Source of the DNA: a virus
Virus record (IMG/VR): IMGVR_UViG_3300045988_039608
Coordinates: 1-33,944 of that record
DNA length: 33,944 bases
Reading direction: 5' to 3' (one strand)
Of this stretch, positions 17,470-24,915 are shown piece after piece (position 1 is the stretch's first letter; every line of letters starts with the position of its first letter). The position numbers and the translations under genes are program-made. Below the pieces are notes generated by a model, which made no database searches, was not told where the DNA came from, and saw nothing but the letters and a program-made list of their open reading frames with translations.

Positions 17470-17906
17470 TGTTTCCCACAGACTATAACTTTACAAATTC
17501 AATTCAATCAACTGCCACCGCCACTAATGCGCAGAAGAAAGTAGGAAGGTCATTTAAGTTTGACTATAAGACACACCGCTTTGTATTTGAGGACGGTAAG
17601 AATGTTGAGGATACACAAATAGAAGCTATAAAGCAATGGATTGAGTTATTTATCCGTACAGAAATGAAAAAATACTTAATCTATTCCGATAGCTTTGGAT
17701 TAGATTTAACTAAACTATTAGGGTACCGATTGCCAAGGGCATATAAAGTATCTGAAATTAAAAGAAGAATTACAGAAGGCATCATGAACAAAGTACCTTG
17801 CGTGGTAGTTGTCAAAGATTGGCAATTCAATGCAGGTATTTTTTATTTTACAGTAGTGACAAATACAGGTGAGGAGGTGAAGATAGAACATGAGTTCCAA
17901 TTATAG
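17466..17906 (+). CDS. Baseplate wedge protein, XkdS/DUF2634 (gp25/W-like)
   Basis: QWIELFIRTEMKKYLIYSDSFGLDLTKLLG pattern, 146 aa. Confidence 0.55.
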   Translation: MMFPTDYNFTNSIQSTATATNAQKKVGRSFKFDYKTHRFVFEDGKNVEDTQIEAIKQWIELFIRTEMKKYLIYSDSFGLDLTKLLGYRLPRAYKVSEIKRRITEGIMNKVPCVVVVKDWQFNAGIFYFTVVTNTGEEVKIEHEFQL

Positions 17907-18969
17907 TGTGGATACAATTCATAATACTATGCTCAGTAACATTGATGATGCATATCAAAAGACAGAAGGCTTTCCAACATATGATATTACAAGGGGCGAA
18001 GCGTTCGCACTCCTTGAACTGTGGAAAAAAGCGGAAGAAATTGAACGCAAACAGAATGTGGATAACTTAACAGGCGATGAATTAACAAGGGTAGTATTCC
18101 AACGCAAAGGAACGCAACGAAAAGTAGCCACAAAATCTGTGTGTAATTTACGAATTGTTGACGGAAACGGAACAATATACGAAGGAGATCTATTTGAAAG
18201 CGAAAGTGGTATTCAATATGAGTCGCTAGAGAATAAAGATGTAGTTAATAATTCAACAGTAAGGATTAGATGTACAAAAGCTGGAGCCATTGGTAATGTG
18301 CCTAAAGGAAGCATTACACAAATGCCAATTACATTGGCAGGTATCAATGCAGTAATTAATGATGATGCTGCAAAAGGTGGTGAAGATGAGGAAGCGGACG
18401 ATGATTTGAGAGAACGCTATTATGAAGAACTTCGTGAACCAGCAACAAGCGGGAACGATTACCACTATAAGCAGTGGGCGAAGGAAGTTGAAGGTGTAGG
18501 TGAAGCTAATATCATTGCACTTTGGAATGGTAACAATACTGTTAAAGTAGTAGTAATAAATTCTGAAAGAAAGGCCGCTAACACAGATTTAGTTAAGCGT
18601 GTACAAAATTATATAGATCCAGATAGTAAAGGTATTGGTGAAGGGCAAGCGCCGATAGGCGCACATTGTACTGTAGTTAGTGCAACAGAAGTCCCTATTA
18701 ATATTGATGTTAGAGGTGTACAGCATACAAGTACATCCACAAAATCAACTATTACAGCAGACATTACAGAAGCTGTTATAGCATATCTAAAAAGGATAGC
18801 ATTTAAGCAACTATATGTATCAGTAGCACAAATTAGTAATATCATCATTGATAGTACTGGTGTTGCAGACTATGAAAGTGTAACTGTAAATGGGAAAACC
18901 AATAAGATTAATTTAACAAAAGAACAAGTTGCCGTAATTGGTACAGTTAGCGTGACACTCAATGACTAA
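17890..18969 (+). CDS. Baseplate J-like protein (XkdT-like)
   Basis: 359 aa, located after the gp25-like gene. GGEDEEADDDLRERY and the WAKEVEGV region are typical of the Baseplate_J family. Confidence 0.65.
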   Translation: MSSNYSVDTIHNTMLSNIDDAYQKTEGFPTYDITRGEAFALLELWKKAEEIERKQNVDNLTGDELTRVVFQRKGTQRKVATKSVCNLRIVDGNGTIYEGDLFESESGIQYESLENKDVVNNSTVRIRCTKAGAIGNVPKGSITQMPITLAGINAVINDDAAKGGEDEEADDDLRERYYEELREPATSGNDYHYKQWAKEVEGVGEANIIALWNGNNTVKVVVINSERKAANTDLVKRVQNYIDPDSKGIGEGQAPIGAHCTVVSATEVPINIDVRGVQHTSTSTKSTITADITEAVIAYLKRIAFKQLYVSVAQISNIIIDSTGVADYESVTVNGKTNKINLTKEQVAVIGTVSVTLND

Positions 18970-19579
18970 GATTGATTTTAAAGAGTATGCCTTAAAGGCT
19001 ATCAATAAAATGTACCGCAATGATCCATGGGTGCGTGAGTTATATCAATCTGCAGGAATACAATTACAAGATATTGATGAATTGTTAGATGTGCTATTAG
19101 ATAATGGCTTCTTTGATGCGGTAGGTGATAGAGGGTTAAGAGTATACGAAAAAGATTTAGGCATCAAAGGTGATGGAACAGTAGAACAACGTAGGGCAAT
19201 AGTACAGATGCTTTGGAACAATAATGGCAAATGTACATTAGAAAAAATTAAAGCCATAGTAAAGACATTTGTGCTTGATGATGTTGAAGTTGAGTTTGTA
19301 GATGGCGTATTGAAATTAGAATTTAACAATTCAGCATTTGTATATGCTATACCTCAAATAAGGAGAAACTTAACTGTAGTTAAACCATCGCACATTGGTT
19401 TAAGTATTGATGATGTACATACAGTTGATACTGAACTATATACTGGGAGTGTTGTTACTACATTTGAAGTGGTAAACATTAACCCTATGACTGGATTTGA
19501 TTCTGAATTAGATGATGCACAAATTGTGGCTGCTTCGTACATATCTATAGGTAATGTTATTAATCGTATTAATTGTTAA
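18962..19579 (+). CDS. Baseplate/tail protein XkdU/DUF2313-like
   Basis: 205 aa, positioned after the J-like gene with an overlapping start. Confidence 0.5.
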   Translation: MTKIDFKEYALKAINKMYRNDPWVRELYQSAGIQLQDIDELLDVLLDNGFFDAVGDRGLRVYEKDLGIKGDGTVEQRRAIVQMLWNNNGKCTLEKIKAIVKTFVLDDVEVEFVDGVLKLEFNNSAFVYAIPQIRRNLTVVKPSHIGLSIDDVHTVDTELYTGSVVTTFEVVNINPMTGFDSELDDAQIVAASYISIGNVINRINC

Positions 19580-19590
19580 GGGGGTAAATA

Positions 19591-20943
19591 ATGCCTAGTC
19601 AATATCCACAAAATGTGGTTACAAAAAATGGTTTATCAATGATTGCAGAAAGTATTGCAACTCGTAAGAATTTAATTTTTACGAGAGTCGTAGTAGGGGA
19701 TGGAGATGCTACAGGAAGAAATTTCAACGATATGATCTCTGTAATTTCTCCTAAAATGAACATACCTGTAACAAGCGGTGTAAATGAGGGAAACGGTCAA
19801 TATCTTATTACCGCTACACTATCTAATAATAAGTTAGATGTAGGCTTCTTTCCTCGTGAAGTTGGCTTATACGCAAAAGTTGATGGAAAAAATGAAATGC
19901 TATATAGCTATACAAATGGTGGAAATAATGTTGGCTATGTACCAGACAAGACTACACCTATTGATAGTGAAATTTATAAAATAAGGACAGTAATTGGAAA
20001 TGCAAAGAACGTAATATTTAAGTTTGTTGATAGTACATTTGTTACAAAAGGCGAATTTGATTTACATAACAATAATATTGATGCTCATGAAAATAGGTTT
20101 AGAAATTACCTACCATTAACTGGCGGAAGTTTGAGTGGAGATGTAAAATTCACCAACGGAACATGGGCCATATTTGAGAATAACGATAATAAAGGTGGTA
20201 TTCGTATGCTGCCAAATGGAACTATGGATGTAGGTGTTAATTCGCAAGGTGCAACAACTAACCTTAATCTATGTTCAAATAATCGCCCAGGTTGGTATTC
20301 CCTGGCTAACGGTAATAAACAACTTGCAATAGTTGATGAAGTTAATGCAGTAAACAGTAGTTTAACCGAAGCTATGAATAACTACCTACTATTAACAGGT
20401 GGAACTGTTACTGGTGAAATTAATTTTAAGAATGGAAGCCTTAAAGGAAAAATTGCATTAAAACCAAATGGCAATTTAGATTTAGGCTCATTGGACACAA
20501 AATGTTCCGTGTTAAATTCTAGGGAACGTCCTTTATGGTATACAGGTGATAACCGTGGGGGAATGTTGGCATTAACAAGGGATATTGTTCCAGATCCAAC
20601 ACAATGTGTTAATTTGTATGATGCAAAAAGTGACGGGTTTCAAACTGGACGTAATAGGGACTCTTTTGACTTAAAAGACGCTTACACAAATTATGATTTT
20701 ATCATTATTGTACTTAGTGCGGATAGTGGTCAACATATGGGTGTGTCACAAATTAATGTTTCGTGGCTTGAAAAAACTAGAAAAATGAGTGTTGGCACAG
20801 GCCTTGAAATAATTAACATTGCCACAGTTGGGGATTTCTTTTGGGGGATTAGCAACAAATCCACACCAACAAAAATGATTACCAATAATGGGTATGAAAA
20901 TTCTCATATATGGGAAATCTGGGGTTATAAGATTACACGATAG
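19591..20943 (+). CDS. Tail fibre protein
   Basis: The N-terminal VVTKNGLSMIAESIATRKNLIFTRVVVGDGD...FFPREVGLYAKVDG resembles the P2 gpH-type fibre N-terminal domain. It carries repeated NYLxLTGGxxxG fibre motifs. Confidence 0.7.
   Translation: MPSQYPQNVVTKNGLSMIAESIATRKNLIFTRVVVGDGDATGRNFNDMISVISPKMNIPVTSGVNEGNGQYLITATLSNNKLDVGFFPREVGLYAKVDGKNEMLYSYTNGGNNVGYVPDKTTPIDSEIYKIRTVIGNAKNVIFKFVDSTFVTKGEFDLHNNNIDAHENRFRNYLPLTGGSLSGDVKFTNGTWAIFENNDNKGGIRMLPNGTMDVGVNSQGATTNLNLCSNNRPGWYSLANGNKQLAIVDEVNAVNSSLTEAMNNYLLLTGGTVTGEINFKNGSLKGKIALKPNGNLDLGSLDTKCSVLNSRERPLWYTGDNRGGMLALTRDIVPDPTQCVNLYDAKSDGFQTGRNRDSFDLKDAYTNYDFIIIVLSADSGQHMGVSQINVSWLEKTRKMSVGTGLEIINIATVGDFFWGISNKSTPTKMITNNGYENSHIWEIWGYKITR
20104..20586 (+). 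repeat. Internal tandem duplication (two modules of about 80-90 aa) inside the tail fibre
   Basis: NYLPLTGGSLSGDVKFTNG...LPNGTMDVG...NNRPGWYS aligns with NYLLLTGGTVTGEINFKNG...KPNGNLDLG...RERPLWYT. The units start at 20104 and 20380. Confidence 0.6.
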
Positions 20944-20952
20944 GAGGAAGCT

Positions 20953-21303
20953 ATGTATATTATATATAACAAAGAAACTGGTGATTTTGCGTATACAGAT
21001 ACAAATGACAATGCAGAATTGTTTGACGGAGTTAAAATTGCTGAAGTATCAGATGAAGAATATTGGCATGCCGTTGAGAATAATATGATTTATGACGGAA
21101 CTGCATTTGTAGAAAAGCAACCTATGGTGAAATCAAAGGCAGAACAGATTACAGATATTAAAAAATACTATGATAAACGATTTGATGCACTTGATAAAGC
21201 AGTATTGCGTAGACGATTAGCTAATACAGATATTACTGACTTGCAGACACAATATAAAACTTTACAAGCCGAAATGGTAGCTAAAATTAAGGCGGTGAAA
21301 TAA
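20953..21303 (+). CDS. Hypothetical protein downstream of the fibre (possible fibre assembly factor)
   Basis: 116 aa, good RBS (AGGAGG), helical C-terminus. The call rests on position only. Confidence 0.4.
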   Translation: MYIIYNKETGDFAYTDTNDNAELFDGVKIAEVSDEEYWHAVENNMIYDGTAFVEKQPMVKSKAEQITDIKKYYDKRFDALDKAVLRRRLANTDITDLQTQYKTLQAEMVAKIKAVK

Positions 21304-21452
21304 TGGAAGAAATCAAAAGCAATGTACCTGTAATGCATTTTTGTGAGTATTGTTGGGCCACATTAAATGAAGACGGCACTTGCCCTACAGAGGGATGCAT
21401 ACATGATGAATTGTTAGAAGAGGGTGATACCAATGCTTCCAGTCAAGCATAA
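21303..21452 (+). CDS. 49-aa Cys-rich mini-protein (not in the ORF track)
   Basis: TAATG coupling to the upstream gene. It encodes MEEIKSNVPVMHFCEYCWATLNEDGTCPTEGCIHDELLEEGDTNASSQA (CxxC...CxxxxC). Confidence 0.4.
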   Translation: MEEIKSNVPVMHFCEYCWATLNEDGTCPTEGCIHDELLEEGDTNASSQA

Positions 21453-21768
21453 TCTGACATCAGTAAAAGGTGAATTTATTACTTTCGTAATTGGATATAG
21501 TGAATTGATAGATGAAAGTGATTTATTTGCATGTGTTAGAAAGTATCCTTGGGATGAAGAGTATATAGCGAAATTTGATATAACAACGTCTACAGAAGAA
21601 CTAGCAAGCGAAGAAAAATGCAAGATTACACTGGTGCTTGATACAAATAAATTACAGTTTGGTAGTTATATGTATGATGTATTTATATGGGCAGGGGATA
21701 AACCTGTGAAATGTTTAGTTGAAGGTCATATTAATATTCATGAAGGAATTAGCAACAGGGGGAAATAA
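21433..21768 (+). CDS. Hypothetical structural-module protein
   Basis: ORF 21424..21768. ATG 21433 is better spaced from the GAAGAGGG RBS. Confidence 0.45.
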   Translation: MLPVKHNLTSVKGEFITFVIGYSELIDESDLFACVRKYPWDEEYIAKFDITTSTEELASEEKCKITLVLDTNKLQFGSYMYDVFIWAGDKPVKCLVEGHINIHEGISNRGK

Positions 21769-21769
21769 A

Positions 21770-22825
21770 ATGAGCGTAATCAATATTTATGTAAACGATG
21801 AAAACAAAGTTAATGTTAAAGACGATACACAAATTATTAAGATTAAAGGAGATAAAGGAGATCCAATGCGTTATGAGGATTTAACTCCAGAACAATTAGA
21901 GGCTTTAAAAGGCCCTAAAGGTGATAAGGGAGAAAATGGTAAACAGGGACCTAAGGGCGAGCCATTTAAGTACACAGATTTTACTGAAGAACAATTAGCT
22001 GCTTTAAAAGGCGAAAAAGGTGAAACTGGTGAAATGCCTAAAATCCCTAATACACTACGCCTTTTAAAAGAAAAAAATGTTTATTTAACTGACGATAACT
22101 TAGACACTGTATTAACTACAGTTTTGAATAGAATAAATGAAGGGATGAATTTCCTTTATGACTACGATAGTATTAAAAATGAATATCCATTTACAGTAGA
22201 TCAGTTTAACGACGGCGACGAAAACATCACAGTACACGGCTATAATCACTTCAAAGTTCAGATCGCAAATGAAGAACCTGTAGAAATCATCGATAATAAA
22301 GCTATCGTACCAATCCCTAAGAATACTGGCGATTTCATCAACGTTAAATATATCAACTATTTAGGCGATGTAGTTGAAACTAAAAACGTAGAAAAGGTTA
22401 AAGAAGATAATACTCCGGCTGTAATTTATCAAGAAAATAATAATCCTAATATGAAACTTAGTGTAAAAGGTACTAAAGCAGTACTTGAATTTATTCATGG
22501 TGGGCGCAACTCTTTAAGAAGAAATACCTTGAATCCTGTACAAAATAAAGTAAAACGCCTAATTATCGATTTAGCCAACGTTGATAGAATCAATGAATAT
22601 GTATCCCTTCCATTCGTACCGGAAAAAATCCAAATTATTAACTATAAGGCTAATAATTTTTATCCTGACTTTCAGGGCGATTATTACGGCGTTGTCAAAA
22701 TTGTATCCGATATGCCTGTTGCATATCACACTTTAAACAATGACGGCGAATATGAAGTATCTACTTTAAATGGCAAAAACTTAACATTTGGCGACAATAG
22801 TATTTACGTTAACGACGCATTATAA
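21770..22825 (+). CDS. Collagen-like-repeat tail fibre / receptor-binding candidate
   Basis: ATG 21770 follows AGGGGG. It has Gly-X-Y runs (KGDKGDP, KGPKGDKGENGKQGPKGEP, KGEKGETGE) and a globular C-terminal domain. Confidence 0.6.
   Translation: MSVINIYVNDENKVNVKDDTQIIKIKGDKGDPMRYEDLTPEQLEALKGPKGDKGENGKQGPKGEPFKYTDFTEEQLAALKGEKGETGEMPKIPNTLRLLKEKNVYLTDDNLDTVLTTVLNRINEGMNFLYDYDSIKNEYPFTVDQFNDGDENITVHGYNHFKVQIANEEPVEIIDNKAIVPIPKNTGDFINVKYINYLGDVVETKNVEKVKEDNTPAVIYQENNNPNMKLSVKGTKAVLEFIHGGRNSLRRNTLNPVQNKVKRLIIDLANVDRINEYVSLPFVPEKIQIINYKANNFYPDFQGDYYGVVKIVSDMPVAYHTLNNDGEYEVSTLNGKNLTFGDNSIYVNDAL
21848..22035 (+). repeat. Collagen-like G-X-Y segments with a duplicated Y-x-D-(L/F)-T-x-EQL-x-ALKG-x-KG-x-x-GE unit
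   Basis: RYEDLTPEQLEALKGPKGDKGE aligns with KYTDFTEEQLAALKGEKGETGE. Confidence 0.7.
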
Positions 22826-22866
22826 ACAAGAAAGTTAAAAATGAATAATGTAAGAAAGGAGTGCCT

Positions 22867-23196
22867 ATGTGGACATGGCAATTTGAATTAAATGACATCT
22901 TAACCACACTTACAATTGTAGGTGTGGTTGCAGGTGCAGGATATAGGCTTTTGATTATTCCATTACTTCAACAACTAGACTCACAACGCATGCAAGATAA
23001 TCTTATATTTCAAGAAAAATGGGGTGTTCTTACTGACACTCTTAAAGATTTAAAGGATGAAATTAAATTATCACGTGCAGAGCGCATTAAAGCTGAAAGC
23101 AAGCAAGTATTGCTGTCTGCAAAGGTTGAAGCATTAGAAGTACGTGTTGAGGATATAAGGGGGGAATTACATGAACACACATCCAAAACTCATTAA
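22867..23196 (+). CDS. Membrane-anchored coiled-coil protein at the start of the lysis cassette (N-terminal TM helix)
   Basis: ATG 22867 lies 5 nt after AAGGAG. ILTTLTIVGVVAGAGYRLLIIPLL is hydrophobic, followed by a heptad-like charged helix. Confidence 0.55.
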   Translation: MWTWQFELNDILTTLTIVGVVAGAGYRLLIIPLLQQLDSQRMQDNLIFQEKWGVLTDTLKDLKDEIKLSRAERIKAESKQVLLSAKVEALEVRVEDIRGELHEHTSKTH

Positions 23197-23503
23197 TTCA
23201 ATTAAGAACTCTTATAATTCAATAAGAATAGCCAACATTCATCCTACAGGGATGTGGGCAACAAGGGCGCTAGTACTAACAATGCTAGTGCCTATTTTAT
23301 TGGTAGTGGTGGAATACATAATGGTATTTATCAAAGGATATGTTACAGAAGATATGAATAAGTTGATTAATGTAGGGATAAACATTATAGATCATATCTT
23401 CATTCCTTCTGTTCTTACTGCATTAGTAGGATTCCTAGCATTATGGATAGATAAAGATGGCAATGGTATACCAGACCAATTAGAAAAGGAGGATAAACGA
23501 TGA
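23171..23503 (+). CDS. Putative holin (two TM segments, charged C-terminus)
   Basis: RALVLTMLVPILLVVVEYIMVFI and IFIPSVLTALVGFLALWI are hydrophobic, and the tail is EKEDKR. It lies directly upstream of the amidase with overlapping stop/start. Confidence 0.6.
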   Translation: MNTHPKLINSIKNSYNSIRIANIHPTGMWATRALVLTMLVPILLVVVEYIMVFIKGYVTEDMNKLINVGINIIDHIFIPSVLTALVGFLALWIDKDGNGIPDQLEKEDKR

Positions 23504-24018
23504 AAGTATTTATTAATCCGGGACACGATATTAACTTAGACAGTGGGGCGGTTAATCCTGTATACGGTACTCGTGAATGCGATGTAGCACGTGATGCAGG
23601 CAAAATGCTAGCACGCTATCTCGAAACAGCAGGATGTGAAGTACGTACTCTTCAAGATGATGATTTAGGGCTAGTATGTTCTGAATCTGATTCTTGGGGA
23701 GCAGATATATTTGTGTCCCTTCATTGCAACGCTTTTAATACGCAAGCTAGAGGTACAGAAACTTTGTACAAGTCCTTTAATGGGCAACGATTAGCAAACG
23801 ATATTCAAAGTCAAATCATTCGCAGCATTAACACCGTAGATCGTGGTGTTAAGAAACGTGATGACCTTTGGGTGCTAAATGGTACAGATGCAACAGCAGT
23901 TCTTGTAGAAATGGCATTCATCGATAACGAAGATGACCATGCTATGCTTACGAACGATTTAGACACTATCGTTCGTGCAATCGCTAGAGGGATTACCGAC
24001 TACGTAGGAGGACAATAA
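23500..24018 (+). CDS. N-acetylmuramoyl-L-alanine amidase endolysin (Amidase_3-like), catalytic domain only
   Basis: MKVFINPGHD...GAV, LHCNAF...ARGTE and VLVEMAFIDNEDD motifs. At 172 aa there is no room for a wall-binding domain. Confidence 0.8.
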   Translation: MKVFINPGHDINLDSGAVNPVYGTRECDVARDAGKMLARYLETAGCEVRTLQDDDLGLVCSESDSWGADIFVSLHCNAFNTQARGTETLYKSFNGQRLANDIQSQIIRSINTVDRGVKKRDDLWVLNGTDATAVLVEMAFIDNEDDHAMLTNDLDTIVRAIARGITDYVGGQ

Positions 24019-24419
24019 TGTATGAAAAGTACAAAAGTGTATTTGATAGCACTCGCAACCGCTATATTCTTATCGGTGGTATTGTGTTGCTCGTCTGCCT
24101 TTGCATCGGATATATCTTCATACAACCAAACAGAGGGGACTATAACGATACCATTAACACAGTGGAACGAATTGAAAAGCAACAACGAGAAAGCCTTGAA
24201 CTTAATAGAAGCATCCAGCGTTCCATTGAAAGAAGCACAGAACTTAGTCATGAAGCAAAAGAACGAGTTGATCGAAGCACACAATACAATCAACAAATTG
24301 GAAAACGAATTGATGAAAGCCAAAATTCAATCAATGAAGCAAGAAGTAACCTTAAACGAAATGCAGAACTCTTTGACAGAATTGAAAGGGCAAATAGAGA
24401 ACGACAAGAAAACCATTAA
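24018..24419 (+). CDS. Frame A: N-terminal TM anchor plus coiled coil (i-spanin-like topology)
   Basis: TAATG coupling to the amidase stop. RNRYILIGGIVLLVCLCIGYIFIQP is a TM helix with positive charge on the inside, and the rest is Arg/Glu-rich helical sequence. It is overlapped almost entirely by frame B. Confidence 0.4.
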   Translation: MYEKYKSVFDSTRNRYILIGGIVLLVCLCIGYIFIQPNRGDYNDTINTVERIEKQQRESLELNRSIQRSIERSTELSHEAKERVDRSTQYNQQIGKRIDESQNSINEARSNLKRNAELFDRIERANRERQENH

Positions 24420-24495
24420 ACGATTGCGGATGCAACGCAACTTATCTCAAGTATTAAGTGGTGGTGCAATTATAGGGGTAGCGTTCAAACATTAA
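24022..24495 (+). CDS. Frame B (+1 relative to A): signal peptide plus heptad coiled coil plus short C-terminal hydrophobic tail (u-spanin-like topology)
   Basis: MKSTKVYLIALATAIFLSVVLCCSSAFA/SD is signal-peptide-like (AxA). LENELMKAKIQSMKQEVTLNEMQNSLTELKGQIEN shows a heptad pattern. The C-terminal tail is VLSGGAIIGVAF. It ends closer to the operon terminator than frame A does. Confidence 0.5.
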   Translation: MKSTKVYLIALATAIFLSVVLCCSSAFASDISSYNQTEGTITIPLTQWNELKSNNEKALNLIEASSVPLKEAQNLVMKQKNELIEAHNTINKLENELMKAKIQSMKQEVTLNEMQNSLTELKGQIENDKKTIKRLRMQRNLSQVLSGGAIIGVAFKH

Positions 24496-24555
24496 GGAAG
24501 TGATCCATACATCTCCATAGCGTGTAATGGTGGATACACGCAACTATAAATAAAA

Positions 24556-24600
24556 GGCCTACTAACTTAGAAAATATCTAGGTTGGTAGGCCATTTTTTG
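24556..24600 (+). terminator. Strong rho-independent terminator ending the late/lysis operon
   Basis: GGCCTACTAAC (24556-24566) pairs with GTTGGTAGGCC (24582-24592), followed by TTTTTT. Confidence 0.8.
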
Positions 24601-24623
24601 TTTATAAAATTATAAATAAATGC

Positions 24624-24652
24624 TTGCATATAACACGAAAACGTGTTATAAT
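24624..24652 (+). promoter_or_regulatory. Near-consensus sigma-A/sigma-70 promoter of the moron operon (TTGCAT-17-TATAAT)
   Basis: -35 at 24624-24629, 17-nt spacer, -10 at 24647-24652. Confidence 0.65.
24630..24649. promoter_or_regulatory. Perfect palindromic operator ATAACACG-AAAA-CGTGTTAT filling the promoter spacer
   Basis: 8-bp arms read directly from the sequence. It overlaps the spacer and the first 3 nt of the -10. Confidence 0.6.
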
Positions 24653-24679
24653 GTAGACATAGGGAAGGAGGTGAAACCA

Positions 24680-24772
24680 TTGAAAAGGAAGAAAATAAAA
24701 AAGTGGCTACCCTTAGTAATAGCTATCATCCAACTAGCAACTGCGGTGATAACGGCGATTAATAAGGAGTAA
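24680..24772 (+). CDS. 30-aa basic/hydrophobic membrane peptide (type I toxin-like)
   Basis: AAGGAGG RBS lies 8 nt before TTG 24680. It encodes MKRKKIKKWLPLVIAIIQLATAVITAINKE. It is below the ORF-track cutoff. Confidence 0.45.
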   Translation: MKRKKIKKWLPLVIAIIQLATAVITAINKE

Positions 24773-24802
24773 CCACAGGGGCTCGAAAGAGCCCCACTCT
24801 TC
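24700..24802 (-). ncRNA. Hypothetical antisense RNA to the 30-aa peptide mRNA (ends approximate)
   Basis: Inferred from the minus-strand promoter. The 5' end would carry the GC hairpin, and a T-run (CACTTTTTTATTTT on the minus strand) lies near 24700. There is no direct evidence of transcription. Confidence 0.3.
24778..24795. other. Stable GC hairpin GGGGCTC-GAAA-GAGCCCC (no flanking T-run on either strand)
   Basis: Perfect 7-bp stem with a GAAA tetraloop, 6 nt after the peptide stop. Confidence 0.7.
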
Positions 24803-24808
24803 CTAACT

Positions 24809-24838
24809 ATTATAGCAATGGGATAGATATGATTTCAA
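24809..24838 (-). promoter_or_regulatory. Convergent minus-strand promoter TTGAAA-18-TATAAT pointing back into the peptide gene
   Basis: On the reverse complement the -35 TTGAAA is + strand 24838-24833 and the -10 TATAAT is 24814-24809. Confidence 0.5.
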
Positions 24839-24915
24839 GATTAACTTTAATCATTAGTATTATTGCCTTTGTATTATCTGTATATAATCTATTAGTAATA
24901 TTAGGAGTATTATAA
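24829..24915 (+). CDS. 28-aa very hydrophobic peptide (doubtful)
   Basis: It encodes MISRLTLIISIIAFVLSVYNLLVILGVL and has TAATG coupling to the next gene. The RBS is weak and the start overlaps the -35 of the antisense promoter. Confidence 0.25.
   Translation: MISRLTLIISIIAFVLSVYNLLVILGVL

Noticed and set aside
20888-21088. 66-aa + strand ORF bridging the fibre gene end and the next gene
   Set aside because: It is out of frame with two genes that have strong RBSs and lacks its own RBS.
24000-24323. 107-aa minus-strand ORF opposite the dual-frame region
   Set aside because: The region has few stop codons in several frames, which also tempers the dual-coding finding. There is no RBS or promoter context on the minus strand.
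24778-24795. GC hairpin as a rho-independent terminator of the peptide gene
   Set aside because: There is no T-run on either strand, so it is more likely an RNA stability or structural element. I retained it as a hairpin feature only.
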